From Spirochaetales bacterium (GTDB lineage: Bacteria; Spirochaetota; Spirochaetia; UBA9216), in assembly GCA_016839055.1 (NCBI GenBank), contig JAEKNX010000011.1:15940-79939 (forward strand): 64,000 nucleotides of DNA, written 5' to 3'. Made by a program: the position numbers and the translations under genes. Shown one piece after another: positions 28,372 through 37,368 of the stretch (positions are counted from its first letter, which is position 1; every line of letters starts with the position of its first letter). The notes beneath the pieces were generated by a model. That model had not been told where the DNA came from. It saw only the letters and a program-made list of their open reading frames with translations, and did no database searches.

Positions 28372-29856
28372 ATGAGCTACCTCGTTGTCGATTATGGAAC
28401 ATCCAGCTGCCGGGCCTCACTGGTAGATGAGCTCGGCAGTATTGTCTCATCCTGCCGGAAAAGTGTTTCGGTATTAAATGACGGCCACACAGCTGAAATT
28501 GATACCGGGAAGGCCTGGAGCACAGTTTCCTCAGTAATCAGGGAGCTGCTTGAAAAAAATCACAAACCGGAGATCCGGGCGGTGGGGGTCAGCTCACTCC
28601 TGGGCTGGGTTTTTCTGGATTCCGGAAACCGCCCGCTTGGCAACAGCATCATCTGGATGGACAGCAGAAGCAGCGGGTGTCTTGATTCAGAAATCATGAA
28701 AGAGAAAGATCTTGTCTATAAGAAGACAGGCCGGCGTTTGAGTCCTGAACTGCTTATCTCGAAATTGGCGTGGCTGCGGGCAAATAATCCTGATTTGCTC
28801 GAATGCACAGCGAAAATAATCAGCCTGAAAGATGAGCTGCTAAGGCGTCTTACCGGCGAGATTGTGACGGATTACGCGCATCTGAATTATACAATGCTCT
28901 GGAACATCGGAGAGCACCGGATGGATGCCGATATGCTAGAGCTCGCAGGGGTGTCACCCTCTCTTCTTGCTGAAGGCGGATATCCATATGAGCAAGCGGG
29001 CAGGATAAGCCCTGAGGCCGCTGCTGCTACCGGGCTGCGAAAAGGGCTGCCGGTCATCCTGGGAGCGATTGACGGCACCACCGCTATGTACGGCGGAGGT
29101 ATAGCAACAGCTTCGTCGGGAACTCTGGTCTCAGGAACAACCGACGTTTTCATGACACTCCTTGATGCCGCGGAATTAGAGGCTTTGGGAAATAATGATG
29201 TGCTCACTGTCAATACCGGAATGCTTCCTGGGTTTTTTGCTGCAGGTGGTTCCACTGGTGTCTCAGGGGGCGCCCTGACGAAGATGAGTGAGCTGCTTGG
29301 CGGAGATTCTTCTGATCTGCTTGAGGGCGCATCTAAAGTGCCTCCGGGCGCGGACGGTCTTCTTTTTTGCCCCGGGCTGACGGGAGAGAGGGCTCCTTAC
29401 TGGAACGCGGACATCTCGGGAAGCTTTATCGGCCTTCGGATGAATCATGAGAGAGGTCATATTATTAGAGCGCTGATGGAAGGTGCGGCTTTCAGGCTCA
29501 AGCGCCTTTTTCTGGAACTCTTCGGTAATACCTCTGGCCCGGAGAGAATTTTTACTGTAGGCGGCTGTTCCAATATTGAGCTGTGGAACAGTCTGAAGGC
29601 AGATGTCACCGGGATGACCCTGATTAAACCAGCTGAACTTGAGGCTACGACGATAGGTACTGCTCTTTTTTGTGAATGCTTTTTTAACGGAGCCGATAAA
29701 ATGTCGTCTGTCAGCGGTAAATGGCTAAAGCCGGATACTGTTTATAGTCCGGTTCAGGTTAATAATATTTTGTATAATGATTTATTCAGGATTTATGAAC
29801 AGTTTATTAAAACCAATATTGGTAATTATGCCGCTCTAAGCAGCTTTAAAGGATAA
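28372..29856 (+). CDS. FGGY-family carbohydrate/polyol kinase
   Basis: 494 aa. The N-terminal phosphate-1 motif is VVDYGTSSCRASL. The later blocks GAIDGTTAMYGGG and GGCSNIELWNSLKADVTG match FGGY N- and C-terminal domains. Confidence 0.85.
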   Translation: MSYLVVDYGTSSCRASLVDELGSIVSSCRKSVSVLNDGHTAEIDTGKAWSTVSSVIRELLEKNHKPEIRAVGVSSLLGWVFLDSGNRPLGNSIIWMDSRSSGCLDSEIMKEKDLVYKKTGRRLSPELLISKLAWLRANNPDLLECTAKIISLKDELLRRLTGEIVTDYAHLNYTMLWNIGEHRMDADMLELAGVSPSLLAEGGYPYEQAGRISPEAAAATGLRKGLPVILGAIDGTTAMYGGGIATASSGTLVSGTTDVFMTLLDAAELEALGNNDVLTVNTGMLPGFFAAGGSTGVSGGALTKMSELLGGDSSDLLEGASKVPPGADGLLFCPGLTGERAPYWNADISGSFIGLRMNHERGHIIRALMEGAAFRLKRLFLELFGNTSGPERIFTVGGCSNIELWNSLKADVTGMTLIKPAELEATTIGTALFCECFFNGADKMSSVSGKWLKPDTVYSPVQVNNILYNDLFRIYEQFIKTNIGNYAALSSFKG

Positions 29857-29860
29857 ACAG

Positions 29861-30349
29861 ATGAGTAAAGAAGATATGGTAACGGAAACAGAGCTGATAA
29901 CGAAATTCAGAGCTGCGGTAAAAGACAGGGCAACCTGGTTTGCTCTTCTCTACAGGGAATTCGCGGAGGTTCTGCCCGAGAACAGAGTGGAAGACGCTTG
30001 CAGGAAGGCTATATATTCATACGGCAGACTGAAAGCCTCCCGTGATAAGACAAAACTGACGGCGCAGTCCTTGCTTGATAACTTTGTGGAGACAGGTGGA
30101 GCGAAAATATTTGAAGCTGAAATTGAGAATACGGATAAAGGTGTGCTTAATAAGGTACATAACTGCGCCCTCGTGGATGCCTGGAGAGAAATGGGCTGTT
30201 CACCGGAAGAAGTAGACCTTTTTTGTGATATAGCAATGGAAGGAGATCGGGGCAGGGCGGAAGGCCATGGGATAAATCTGGAATTGAAGGAGACACTGGC
30301 CAAAAATGATAATTTCTGTTGGATCTGTCTGTCAGATTCGGCAATTTAA
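29861..30349 (+). CDS. Small Cys4 protein, L-2-amino-thiazoline-4-carboxylate (ATC) hydrolase-like family, paralog 1
   Basis: 162 aa. The blocks RATWFALLY, NCALVDAW, LFCDIAMEGDRGRA and a C-terminal CWIC are shared with paralogs 2 and 3. The family assignment (PF14196-like) is from memory of the motif pattern. Confidence 0.55.
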   Translation: MSKEDMVTETELITKFRAAVKDRATWFALLYREFAEVLPENRVEDACRKAIYSYGRLKASRDKTKLTAQSLLDNFVETGGAKIFEAEIENTDKGVLNKVHNCALVDAWREMGCSPEEVDLFCDIAMEGDRGRAEGHGINLELKETLAKNDNFCWICLSDSAI

Positions 30350-30377
30350 TGCACATACTACACAATGGAGATATTTT

Positions 30378-30866
30378 ATGAGTGAAAACAAAGAAATGGT
30401 TACAAAAGATGAAATGATTACAAAAATCAGAGCGGCAATAGGTGACAGAGCCACCTGGTTTGCCCTTCTTTATGAAGAATTCTGTAATGAATTACCCGAA
30501 GAAAAAGTAATAGAATTAAGCCGGAAGGCAATAACCAAATACGGTACCATGAAGGTGATAAAGGATCCTGATCCTTTTAAGGCGAAAGACTGGGTTCTCA
30601 GACATAAAGAGAAAGGCTCCGCCGATGTCTTTGATTCAGATATAGAATACACCGAAACGGAGGCCACCCAGCGAATGAAAAACTGCGCCCTCGTTGATGC
30701 CTGGAAGGCCATGAATTACAGTCCTGAAAAACTAGACCTTTTTTGTGATATTGCTATGGATGGTGACAGAGGAAGAGCTGCAGGACATGAAAATGTTACA
30801 ATGGAACTTCATGAAACAATTGGTAAGGGCTGTGATTTTTGCCGTTTGGTAATTAAAGAAAACTGA
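30378..30866 (+). CDS. Small Cys4 protein, ATC-hydrolase-like family, paralog 2 (tandem duplicate)
   Basis: I place the start at MSENKEM (ATG 30378), which aligns with the paralog 1 N-terminus. The ORF-track start at 30306 would overlap paralog 1. It has RATWFALLY, NCALVDAW, LFCDIAMDGDRGRA and a C-terminal CDFC. Confidence 0.55.
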   Translation: MSENKEMVTKDEMITKIRAAIGDRATWFALLYEEFCNELPEEKVIELSRKAITKYGTMKVIKDPDPFKAKDWVLRHKEKGSADVFDSDIEYTETEATQRMKNCALVDAWKAMNYSPEKLDLFCDIAMDGDRGRAAGHENVTMELHETIGKGCDFCRLVIKEN

Positions 30867-30882
30867 TCAGGAGGACAGAATA

Positions 30883-31431
30883 TTGAATACGTATTTCTGT
30901 GGAATGATCGGTACCGGAAAGACCACAATCGGGTTAAGACTTGCCGAAGAGCTGGGCCTGGATTTTTTTGATCTCGACCGGGAAATGGACAGACAGCTGG
31001 GGTATTCGTTTCACCGACTGGTAGCAGAAAAAGGGTGGCTTGCCTTCCGGGAACTTGAATATTCAATCTGCCGGGGATTCTCAAAAAGGAAGAACTCAAT
31101 TATCTGTCTCGGCGGGGGAACCGTAAGGTATGACTGGAATGTGGATGTACTCAGGCCCTCCGGGAAGCTGATACTGCTGGAAGCCTCTATTGATGCGCTT
31201 GTTGAACGTGTATCGAAGGCCGACAGACCCCGTGTTAATGAAGGTGTAAGTCTTGAAGAGGACCTTCGCATGATGTGGGAGCAGTCAAGAGACAAGTATC
31301 TCTCTGCCGCCGACATTATCTACCGTACCGATGAAAAAACCGAAGAAGAAGAAGTTTGGGATCTTAAGAACATGATATTAACCGATCCTGAGTTTGTCGA
31401 CCTGAAAAAGAATTGTAAGATACCATCATAA
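30883..31431 (+). CDS. Shikimate-kinase-family P-loop kinase (substrate uncertain)
   Basis: 182 aa with a TTG start. The P-loop is GMIGTGKTTIG, followed by DLD...G.S, FRELE and GGGTV blocks as in AroK/gluconokinase-type kinases. The genomic context is catabolic rather than aromatic amino-acid biosynthesis. Confidence 0.65.
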   Translation: MNTYFCGMIGTGKTTIGLRLAEELGLDFFDLDREMDRQLGYSFHRLVAEKGWLAFRELEYSICRGFSKRKNSIICLGGGTVRYDWNVDVLRPSGKLILLEASIDALVERVSKADRPRVNEGVSLEEDLRMMWEQSRDKYLSAADIIYRTDEKTEEEEVWDLKNMILTDPEFVDLKKNCKIPS

Positions 31432-31443
31432 AGGAGTGAAGAT

Positions 31444-31818
31444 ATGAAAAAATTAATAGCAACAGAAAATGCGCCAGGCGCAATAGGGCCGTATTCTCAG
31501 GCGGTTGAAGTAAACGGAATGATATATACATCCGGCCAACTTGGAATAGATCCGGCGACCGGAGAGCTGCCCGAAGGGGTGGAGGCTCAGACTGAAATGG
31601 CGTTGAAGAACGCTGAAGCAATTCTGAAGTCTGAGGGACTTTCTCTCGCGAATGTATTTAAGACCCTTGTTTTTATCAAGGATATGAATGACTTCGGAAA
31701 GATGAACGGAATTTACAGCAAGTTTTTCAGTAAAGATTTTCCGGCCAGAAGTTGTGTGGAAGTTGCCAGGCTGCCGAAAGACGGACTGGTTGAAATTGAA
31801 GTTATCGCAATTCGTTAG
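31444..31818 (+). CDS. ridA: RidA/YjgF family reactive enamine-imine deaminase
   Basis: 124 aa. It has APGAIGPYSQAV, IYTSGQLGIDP and PARSCVEVARLPKDGLVEIEVIA. This is a near-canonical RidA. Confidence 0.9.
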   Translation: MKKLIATENAPGAIGPYSQAVEVNGMIYTSGQLGIDPATGELPEGVEAQTEMALKNAEAILKSEGLSLANVFKTLVFIKDMNDFGKMNGIYSKFFSKDFPARSCVEVARLPKDGLVEIEVIAIR

Positions 31819-31827
31819 GATGGCAGA

Positions 31828-33147
31828 ATGAATAAAGAATTATGGAACGATTTTATAAGCTTGATAAAGCAGGAAGTTGTTCCTGCTTTGGGCTGCACCG
31901 AACCCATAGCTGTGGCACTTGCCGCAGCCAAGGCGGCCGAGACTCTATCTGAAGCGCCCGAAAGAATCGAAGTATACCTTAGCCAGAATGTGCTTAAGAA
32001 TGGAATGAGTGTAGGTATACCTGGAACCGGCTTATATGGACTTGAAATTGCAACTGCCGTAGGCGCGCTGAGCGGTAAATCAGAATTCGGTCTTGAGGTT
32101 CTGAAAGACCTTTCTGCTGAAAATCTCCAGAAAGCAAAGGATCTGCTTGCATCAGACAAAATAAAGGTTTTTCATAAAGAGATTGATGAAGTCCTCTATA
32201 TTGAAGTTGTTGTCATGGCCGGAGAAAATTCGGCACGAGTAATTATAAAAGGACGTCACGACAATATATGCCTTGTTGAGCATAATGGAATAATTCTTCT
32301 GGATAAGGATGAAGCTGAGGCCGGAGAGGTTGTTGTGAATCCTTTGGATAAGGTTCTTGCTGAGATTAGTGAGAAAGAAATCTGGGAATTCGCCATGAAT
32401 GCTCCCCTTGAAGATCTTGATTTTATCATGGAAGCGGTTGAGCTGAACAAGAAGATCTCCGACGAAGGCCTGATTGGCGACTACGGGCTTCGAGTTGGAA
32501 AGTCAATAGATGAAAATATCTTAAAAGGATTTCTTCAGTCAGACCTCAGCAATGATGCTGTTAAGCGAACCGCAAGCGGGGCGGACGCTCGGATGGCAGG
32601 CTCGAATCTGCCGGTTATGAGCAACTCAGGAAGCGGAAATCAGGGTATTACGGCAACAATGCCGGTTGTAGCAGTGGCCGAAAAACTCAACTCAAGCAAT
32701 GAACAGCTTATCAGGGCTTTAATTCTCAGTCATCTGACATCCATCCACATGAAATCAAAGATGAACAGACTCTCTCCCTTATGCGGAGCATCAGTAGCGG
32801 CAACCGGGGCCAGCTGCGGCGTTGTTTTTCTGCTTGGCGGAGTCTATGAGCACGTTGAATATGCAATCAAAAATATGGTTGGAAATATTGCCGGAATGGT
32901 CTGCGACGGCGCTAAAAACAGCTGTGCCTTAAAGGTTGCCTCCTGCGTCAGCGCCGGTGTGCAGGGTGCCCTTTTGGCGATTAACAGTATTAGAGTGTCA
33001 GAGATAGAAGGACTCGTTGAAGAGGATATTGAACGGACTATAAATAATCTGGGAATTCTCGGTTCCAGTGGAATGGCAGATACTGACAGGGTCATTCTTT
33101 CAATTATGACATCTAAAGAAAATAATAAAGAAAAGAAGGTAATATAG
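31828..33147 (+). CDS. UPF0597 / YhaM(CyuA)-type L-cysteine desulfidase family protein (serine dehydratase alpha-like)
   Basis: 439 aa. The N-terminal LIKQEVVPALGCTEPIAVALAAAKA and later blocks SNSGSGNQGIT, LSPLCGA and DGAKNSCALKV resemble the Cys-containing motifs of this family. Confidence 0.8.
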   Translation: MNKELWNDFISLIKQEVVPALGCTEPIAVALAAAKAAETLSEAPERIEVYLSQNVLKNGMSVGIPGTGLYGLEIATAVGALSGKSEFGLEVLKDLSAENLQKAKDLLASDKIKVFHKEIDEVLYIEVVVMAGENSARVIIKGRHDNICLVEHNGIILLDKDEAEAGEVVVNPLDKVLAEISEKEIWEFAMNAPLEDLDFIMEAVELNKKISDEGLIGDYGLRVGKSIDENILKGFLQSDLSNDAVKRTASGADARMAGSNLPVMSNSGSGNQGITATMPVVAVAEKLNSSNEQLIRALILSHLTSIHMKSKMNRLSPLCGASVAATGASCGVVFLLGGVYEHVEYAIKNMVGNIAGMVCDGAKNSCALKVASCVSAGVQGALLAINSIRVSEIEGLVEEDIERTINNLGILGSSGMADTDRVILSIMTSKENNKEKKVI

Positions 33148-33638
33148 TGGCCATTAAAAACAATCCTCAGGAAAGAGATTCACACATCGAGTCAATAAGA
33201 AATGCAATCGAACACAGGGCTGCCTGGATGTATTTTCTTCTGGATGAGGCGAAAAAGCGGGGTCTTGAATGGGAAGATTTCGGACGTGAGGCAATTTTGC
33301 GCTGCGGAAGGTTTCATGGTCAGACAAAATTTCCCGATACCGAAAATATGAAAGTCTTCGGTGAAGCCTTTGCTACTGAAGAACTCAAGAAGGTCTTCGA
33401 CATGAACGTAGTCCAATGTGATGAAGAGGCTTTCACCGTCGAATTTAATTATTGTCCGCTTGTTTCATCATGGATGAAGCATACCGGAGATGAGAAGGAT
33501 ATTGAGCTTCTCTGTGACATTGCAATGGATGGCGACAGAGGGATTGTTGAAGAATATCCAGGTTTCTCCTTTGACCTGCAGAGCACAATCGCTTGTGGTG
33601 ATGATGTCTGCAGGCTGACGATTACAAAAAGCAAATAG
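33147..33638 (+). CDS. Small Cys4 protein, ATC-hydrolase-like family, paralog 3 (divergent)
   Basis: 163 aa. The GTG start overlaps the upstream stop. It has RAAWMYFLL, YCPLVSSW, LLCDIAMDGDRG and a C-terminal CGDDVC. Confidence 0.5.
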   Translation: MAIKNNPQERDSHIESIRNAIEHRAAWMYFLLDEAKKRGLEWEDFGREAILRCGRFHGQTKFPDTENMKVFGEAFATEELKKVFDMNVVQCDEEAFTVEFNYCPLVSSWMKHTGDEKDIELLCDIAMDGDRGIVEEYPGFSFDLQSTIACGDDVCRLTITKSK

Positions 33639-33662
33639 ATTTTTTTCTCTAATTATACGACT

Positions 33663-33711
33663 CCATCATTCATGATTTTCTTTCAGGGGCATTTATGGAT
33701 GATGGTTTTTT
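33663..33711 (+). terminator. Candidate operon terminator
   Basis: CCATCATTCAT (33663-33673) pairs with ATGGATGATGG (33695-33705) with one mismatch, followed by TTTTTT (33706-33711). The loop is large (21 nt), so the fold is uncertain. Confidence 0.45.
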
Positions 33712-33767
33712 AATTAGATTCAATTCTTCCTTGATATCCATAGTCAATCGAAATATAATCGGCAATA

Positions 33768-35336
33768 ATGAAAGGGCAATTAACAGTATCGGACCTTAAG
33801 TTCGAATATCCGGAATATGCAGAGTTTGAGGCAGATCAGGTTCTCCGAGGACTCAGCTTCTGCTGCCGTTCCGGCGAGATAACAGTCATAATCGGCGGAG
33901 CCGAATCCGGAAAGAGCACTCTGGCTCTAATCCTTGCCGCCCTGGTTCCCAGCCATACTGGAGGACAGCTCAGCGGAAGGGTCGTTCTTGACGGACTGGA
34001 TATTCTGGGTTCTCCGGCAGCTGAGATAATTGAAAATTGCGGAATAATTTTTCAGGACCCGGAGAAACAAACTGTGACAACCGACTGTTTCTCTGAAGCC
34101 GCATTCGCGCTCGAATCACTCGGTCTGGCAGAAGAAGAAATTATCTCCCGCGTCGAGGGTTCCTTCGAAACTCTGGGCATCGGGCACCTTCTGGAATCAG
34201 GAACGGTGGAAACCTCGGGCGGTGAGAAGAAGAAGCTCGCAATTGCAGGACAGCTCTGCGTGAATCCTGATTTATGGATTATGGATGAGACTTTTGAGGA
34301 GCTCGACAGTCCCTCGAGAGTCAAGCTGCTTGATTCTTTGAAAGATAATAGAAGATCAGTCTTGATATTTACTTCGAAATACTATGACATTTTCGAGAAG
34401 GCCGACGCGTTTTATCATCTGCGTGACGGAAGACTTTCCGAACGGGAGGAGCTTCCGTTCAGTCCCGGTTTCACCCTTGGGCTCAGGGAAGACGGTCTGA
34501 TTCCTGATTTCGTCACTACCAGCCGGCGGCCGGCGGCCTCTGATTCCCTGCCCGACTTGATTTCAGTCAGAGATTTGGCTTTCAGCTATTCGACCGGCAG
34601 GGAAGGCATAGCTGGTGACCATTGGGCGTTCGACCTCAATATTGACGAGTTCAGCCTGACAGACGGCGAGATAGTCTCTATTGTCGGCCGAAACGGCTGC
34701 GGGAAATCAACCTTTGGAAAACTGCTCTGTGGACTCCTTATCCAGGACCGTGGAGAAATCAGGGCCGCCGGTTTCGGCGTTCCGGCGGCGGAAGAGCCGG
34801 CGGCCATGACGGCTCAATCCGGGCCGCCTGCTTCGACCGATTTTCTCAACAGCTTCTGCGCCTACATGTTTCAGAATCCTGATTATCAGATATTTCTGCC
34901 CACCGTATATCAGGAACTCTCTTGGGGACTGGTGGAAGCGGGCATTCCGCATAGCGAGATAAAAGAAAGGGTTGAGCTGGCAATTGAGAATTTTAATCTT
35001 CCAGGCGCGTCAACTCCACCTGCCATGATGAGCTATAGTGCCCGAAAGAGGCTTCAGGTGGCCGTCTACTACCTACTAAAGCGTCCGGTATTCATCCTCG
35101 ATGAGGCTGACACGGGGCTCTCTTATCATGATTTTAAGGGGCTTATAGAGCAGCTCCGGAGTATCAGCCGGGGAATCATAATAATTACGCACAATCTTGA
35201 GCTCGCGGCCGAAGTATCGGATCGCGTCCTCGGAATGAGCGGCGGGCGGATAACCGAAGATCTCAGGGAATTCAGCACCGACAGCCTCAAGACATGGCTC
35301 TCGGCATCAGCTGGCTCCGGGAGGACGGGCAGATGA
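33768..35336 (+). CDS. ECF-transporter ATPase, fused EcfA-EcfA' (two ABC domains)
   Basis: 522 aa. Walker A motifs are GGAESGKST and GRNGCGKST, with an SGGEKKKLAIA signature and Walker B motifs (WIMDETFEELD, FILDEADTGL). An EcfT gene lies immediately downstream. Confidence 0.85.
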   Translation: MKGQLTVSDLKFEYPEYAEFEADQVLRGLSFCCRSGEITVIIGGAESGKSTLALILAALVPSHTGGQLSGRVVLDGLDILGSPAAEIIENCGIIFQDPEKQTVTTDCFSEAAFALESLGLAEEEIISRVEGSFETLGIGHLLESGTVETSGGEKKKLAIAGQLCVNPDLWIMDETFEELDSPSRVKLLDSLKDNRRSVLIFTSKYYDIFEKADAFYHLRDGRLSEREELPFSPGFTLGLREDGLIPDFVTTSRRPAASDSLPDLISVRDLAFSYSTGREGIAGDHWAFDLNIDEFSLTDGEIVSIVGRNGCGKSTFGKLLCGLLIQDRGEIRAAGFGVPAAEEPAAMTAQSGPPASTDFLNSFCAYMFQNPDYQIFLPTVYQELSWGLVEAGIPHSEIKERVELAIENFNLPGASTPPAMMSYSARKRLQVAVYYLLKRPVFILDEADTGLSYHDFKGLIEQLRSISRGIIIITHNLELAAEVSDRVLGMSGGRITEDLREFSTDSLKTWLSASAGSGRTGR

Positions 35337-36112
35337 TAGCCGACAGCTTTGTTCCCGGAAAAGGCATTCTATACCGCTTCGATCCGAGAATGAAGCTTCT
35401 CTGCCTGCTATTCGTTGTACTCGCGTTCTTTATCGAATCGAGCCTGCCTGTTAAGGCAGGACTGCTTGCGATCTTCGTTCTGCTGACCGGGACCAGCCTA
35501 GGAGCCGGGAAGGCTGCCGTCCCGTTTAAGCTCATCTGGCCGATTCTGGTTCTGACAGCCATTCTTACTCCGCCGTTTAATTTGGGCGGAGAGGTTCTTC
35601 TTAGCCTGAAGGGCCGGCCGGTTCTAACATCTGACGGCCTTGAGGCCGCCGCCGCCATGCTGCTCAGGTTTTCCGGTATCACAGCCGCCTTCTTTCTGTT
35701 TTTCAGTACCACCGAGACCTCCGCCTTCATCCTCGCGCTCAGATCATTCGGCCTGCCGTATAAGGCAGCCCTTACCGTTACAATTTCTCTCCGTTATATT
35801 CCCGATATGTTCAGGGTCTACGGTAACATCAGTGACGCCCATAAATTAAGGTCTGCGGGAATAATGCAGGGCGGAAGAAGGAGGGGGTTCCAGAGAAGAC
35901 TGGCCCATCTCTTTCCGGTTCTAATATCGGTTCTTATTCAGGCTGTGAAAAGCATTCCCGCCCTTGCCATGGCGCTTGACTCGAAGGGCTTCGGCAGGCA
36001 GAACCCCCGGACCTCCTGTCGTAAGCTTCCGCATTGGTCCGCAATAAAGCCCGACATCGCCGGTGCGGCAGCGGTTATTGCCCTGACTGCCTTTGTGATC
36101 GTATTATTATGA
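35333..36112 (+). CDS. ECF-transporter transmembrane component EcfT (CbiQ family)
   Basis: I place the start at MIADSF (ATGA overlap with the ATPase stop). It is polytopic and has the conserved ...ALRSFGLPYK...ISLRYIP...A.K.R motif pattern of EcfT/CbiQ. Confidence 0.8.
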   Translation: MIADSFVPGKGILYRFDPRMKLLCLLFVVLAFFIESSLPVKAGLLAIFVLLTGTSLGAGKAAVPFKLIWPILVLTAILTPPFNLGGEVLLSLKGRPVLTSDGLEAAAAMLLRFSGITAAFFLFFSTTETSAFILALRSFGLPYKAALTVTISLRYIPDMFRVYGNISDAHKLRSAGIMQGGRRRGFQRRLAHLFPVLISVLIQAVKSIPALAMALDSKGFGRQNPRTSCRKLPHWSAIKPDIAGAAAVIALTAFVIVLL

Positions 36113-36113
36113 G

Positions 36114-36761
36114 ATGATAACTGCTTTAAAACGGGCTGCATTAGTCATCCCCTCAGTTTTAATTCTATTTCCCATATTGTATTTTGCCGCGGTGCTTGCC
36201 GGCGGACTCATCCCCGCAATCGGGGGCGGGGTTAGTGAGGATACTGAAGCTGTAATTTTTCTTGAGAATAACGGCAGACACATTGACATCTGGCTTCCGG
36301 CAGATGTCTGCGGACCGCTTTATGAGGGCCGCTCCGGTTGGCTGAGTTTCGGCTGGGGAGACCGTGATTTCTATCTCAGCACTCCCTACGCGGAAAATTT
36401 AAACATTCAGGTACTTCTCAAGACTCTGTTCCTGCCAACTAGGGCTGTTCTTGCTGTTGAGTTTTCAGCGAATGAGCCCTGGGCCCGGGATATCAGGGCC
36501 GTGACTGTCGGCCGGTCTGGCGCAGAGGCGGCATGGAGTTATATCTCCTCGTTTTTTGTCCCGGACAGCTCCGGCGAAGCCTTTGCCCTGGTTCCGGCCG
36601 GGCTTGTTCACCCGTCCTACGGTGATGTCGTTTTTTATGAAGCCAAGGGCCGGTATTCGATTTTCTACACATGTAACAACTGGACAGGCCGGGTACTAAA
36701 GGCAGCCGGAGTAGAGACGGGGCTCTGGACTCCGCTGACCTTCGGCGTTTATAGGGAATAA
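36114..36761 (+). CDS. DUF2459 / TIGR02117-like protein
   Basis: 215 aa with an N-terminal TM segment. The blocks NGRHIDIWLP, FGWGDRDFY, FYEAKGRYSIFYTCNNWT and LWTP resemble the DUF2459 family, recalled by eye. The ATG is 1 nt after the EcfT stop. Confidence 0.5.
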   Translation: MITALKRAALVIPSVLILFPILYFAAVLAGGLIPAIGGGVSEDTEAVIFLENNGRHIDIWLPADVCGPLYEGRSGWLSFGWGDRDFYLSTPYAENLNIQVLLKTLFLPTRAVLAVEFSANEPWARDIRAVTVGRSGAEAAWSYISSFFVPDSSGEAFALVPAGLVHPSYGDVVFYEAKGRYSIFYTCNNWTGRVLKAAGVETGLWTPLTFGVYRE

Positions 36762-36836
36762 GAATCTCATCATTAATTCAGAGGAAAATCAGCGTCTCGG
36801 ATTGTTATTACCGTTAAAGTTGGGTAATATTGAATT

Positions 36837-37364
36837 ATGAAAGATAACCTCCAAAAACACAATGCTTCAGGCAGGATAGCTGCCATTGCAATTATGACCG
36901 CAGTAACGATGGTTTTCACCTATGTGGTTAGAATTCCAATTGCTCCGACCCGGGGATACATAAACCTCGGTGATGTGGCCGTTTTCTTCACGGCATTTAC
37001 CTTCGGGCCGTTTACGGCGCTAATCTCAGGAGGCCTTGGACCGGCTATTGCCGATATTGCGGCCGGCTACTCTCAGTGGGCGCCCATCACCTTTGCTGCC
37101 CACGGACTTCAGGGTTTTGCCGCGGCTCTGATCATCCGCGCTATGGGAACAAGGAAGGTTGCCGAACCTCTCGCCGGTCTTGCCGGAATGATTGTCATGG
37201 TCGGCCTCTACCTCCTCGGCGGAGTCTTCATGGTCGGCTTCGGGGCTGCCGTGGTTGAAGTTCCCATGAACATCCTCCAGAATGCTGTCGGAATTGTCGG
37301 CGGTTTTGTCCTCTCTCATGCCGTTAGAAAAGCATATCCGCCGGTGTCGCGGCTGGCCTGGTAA
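36837..37364 (+). CDS. ECF-transporter substrate-specific (S) component
   Basis: 175 aa with about 5-6 TM segments. The block AIMTAVTMVFTYVVRIPIAPTRGYINLGDVAVFF...GGLGPAIADI is typical of ECF S components. Confidence 0.7.
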   Translation: MKDNLQKHNASGRIAAIAIMTAVTMVFTYVVRIPIAPTRGYINLGDVAVFFTAFTFGPFTALISGGLGPAIADIAAGYSQWAPITFAAHGLQGFAAALIIRAMGTRKVAEPLAGLAGMIVMVGLYLLGGVFMVGFGAAVVEVPMNILQNAVGIVGGFVLSHAVRKAYPPVSRLAW

Positions 37365-37368
37365 AGCT

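Noticed and set aside
30306-30377. Longer 186-aa version of ATC-hydrolase-like paralog 2
   Set aside because: The extension overlaps paralog 1 by 44 nt and has no counterpart in the other two paralogs. The MSENKEM start aligns with the paralog 1 N-terminus.
35287-35730. 147-aa minus-strand ORF and several 60-120-aa ORFs across 34052-36289
   Set aside because: They are shadow ORFs antisense to the EcfA/EcfT genes. They are Arg/Ser/Pro-rich, low-complexity and have no RBS.
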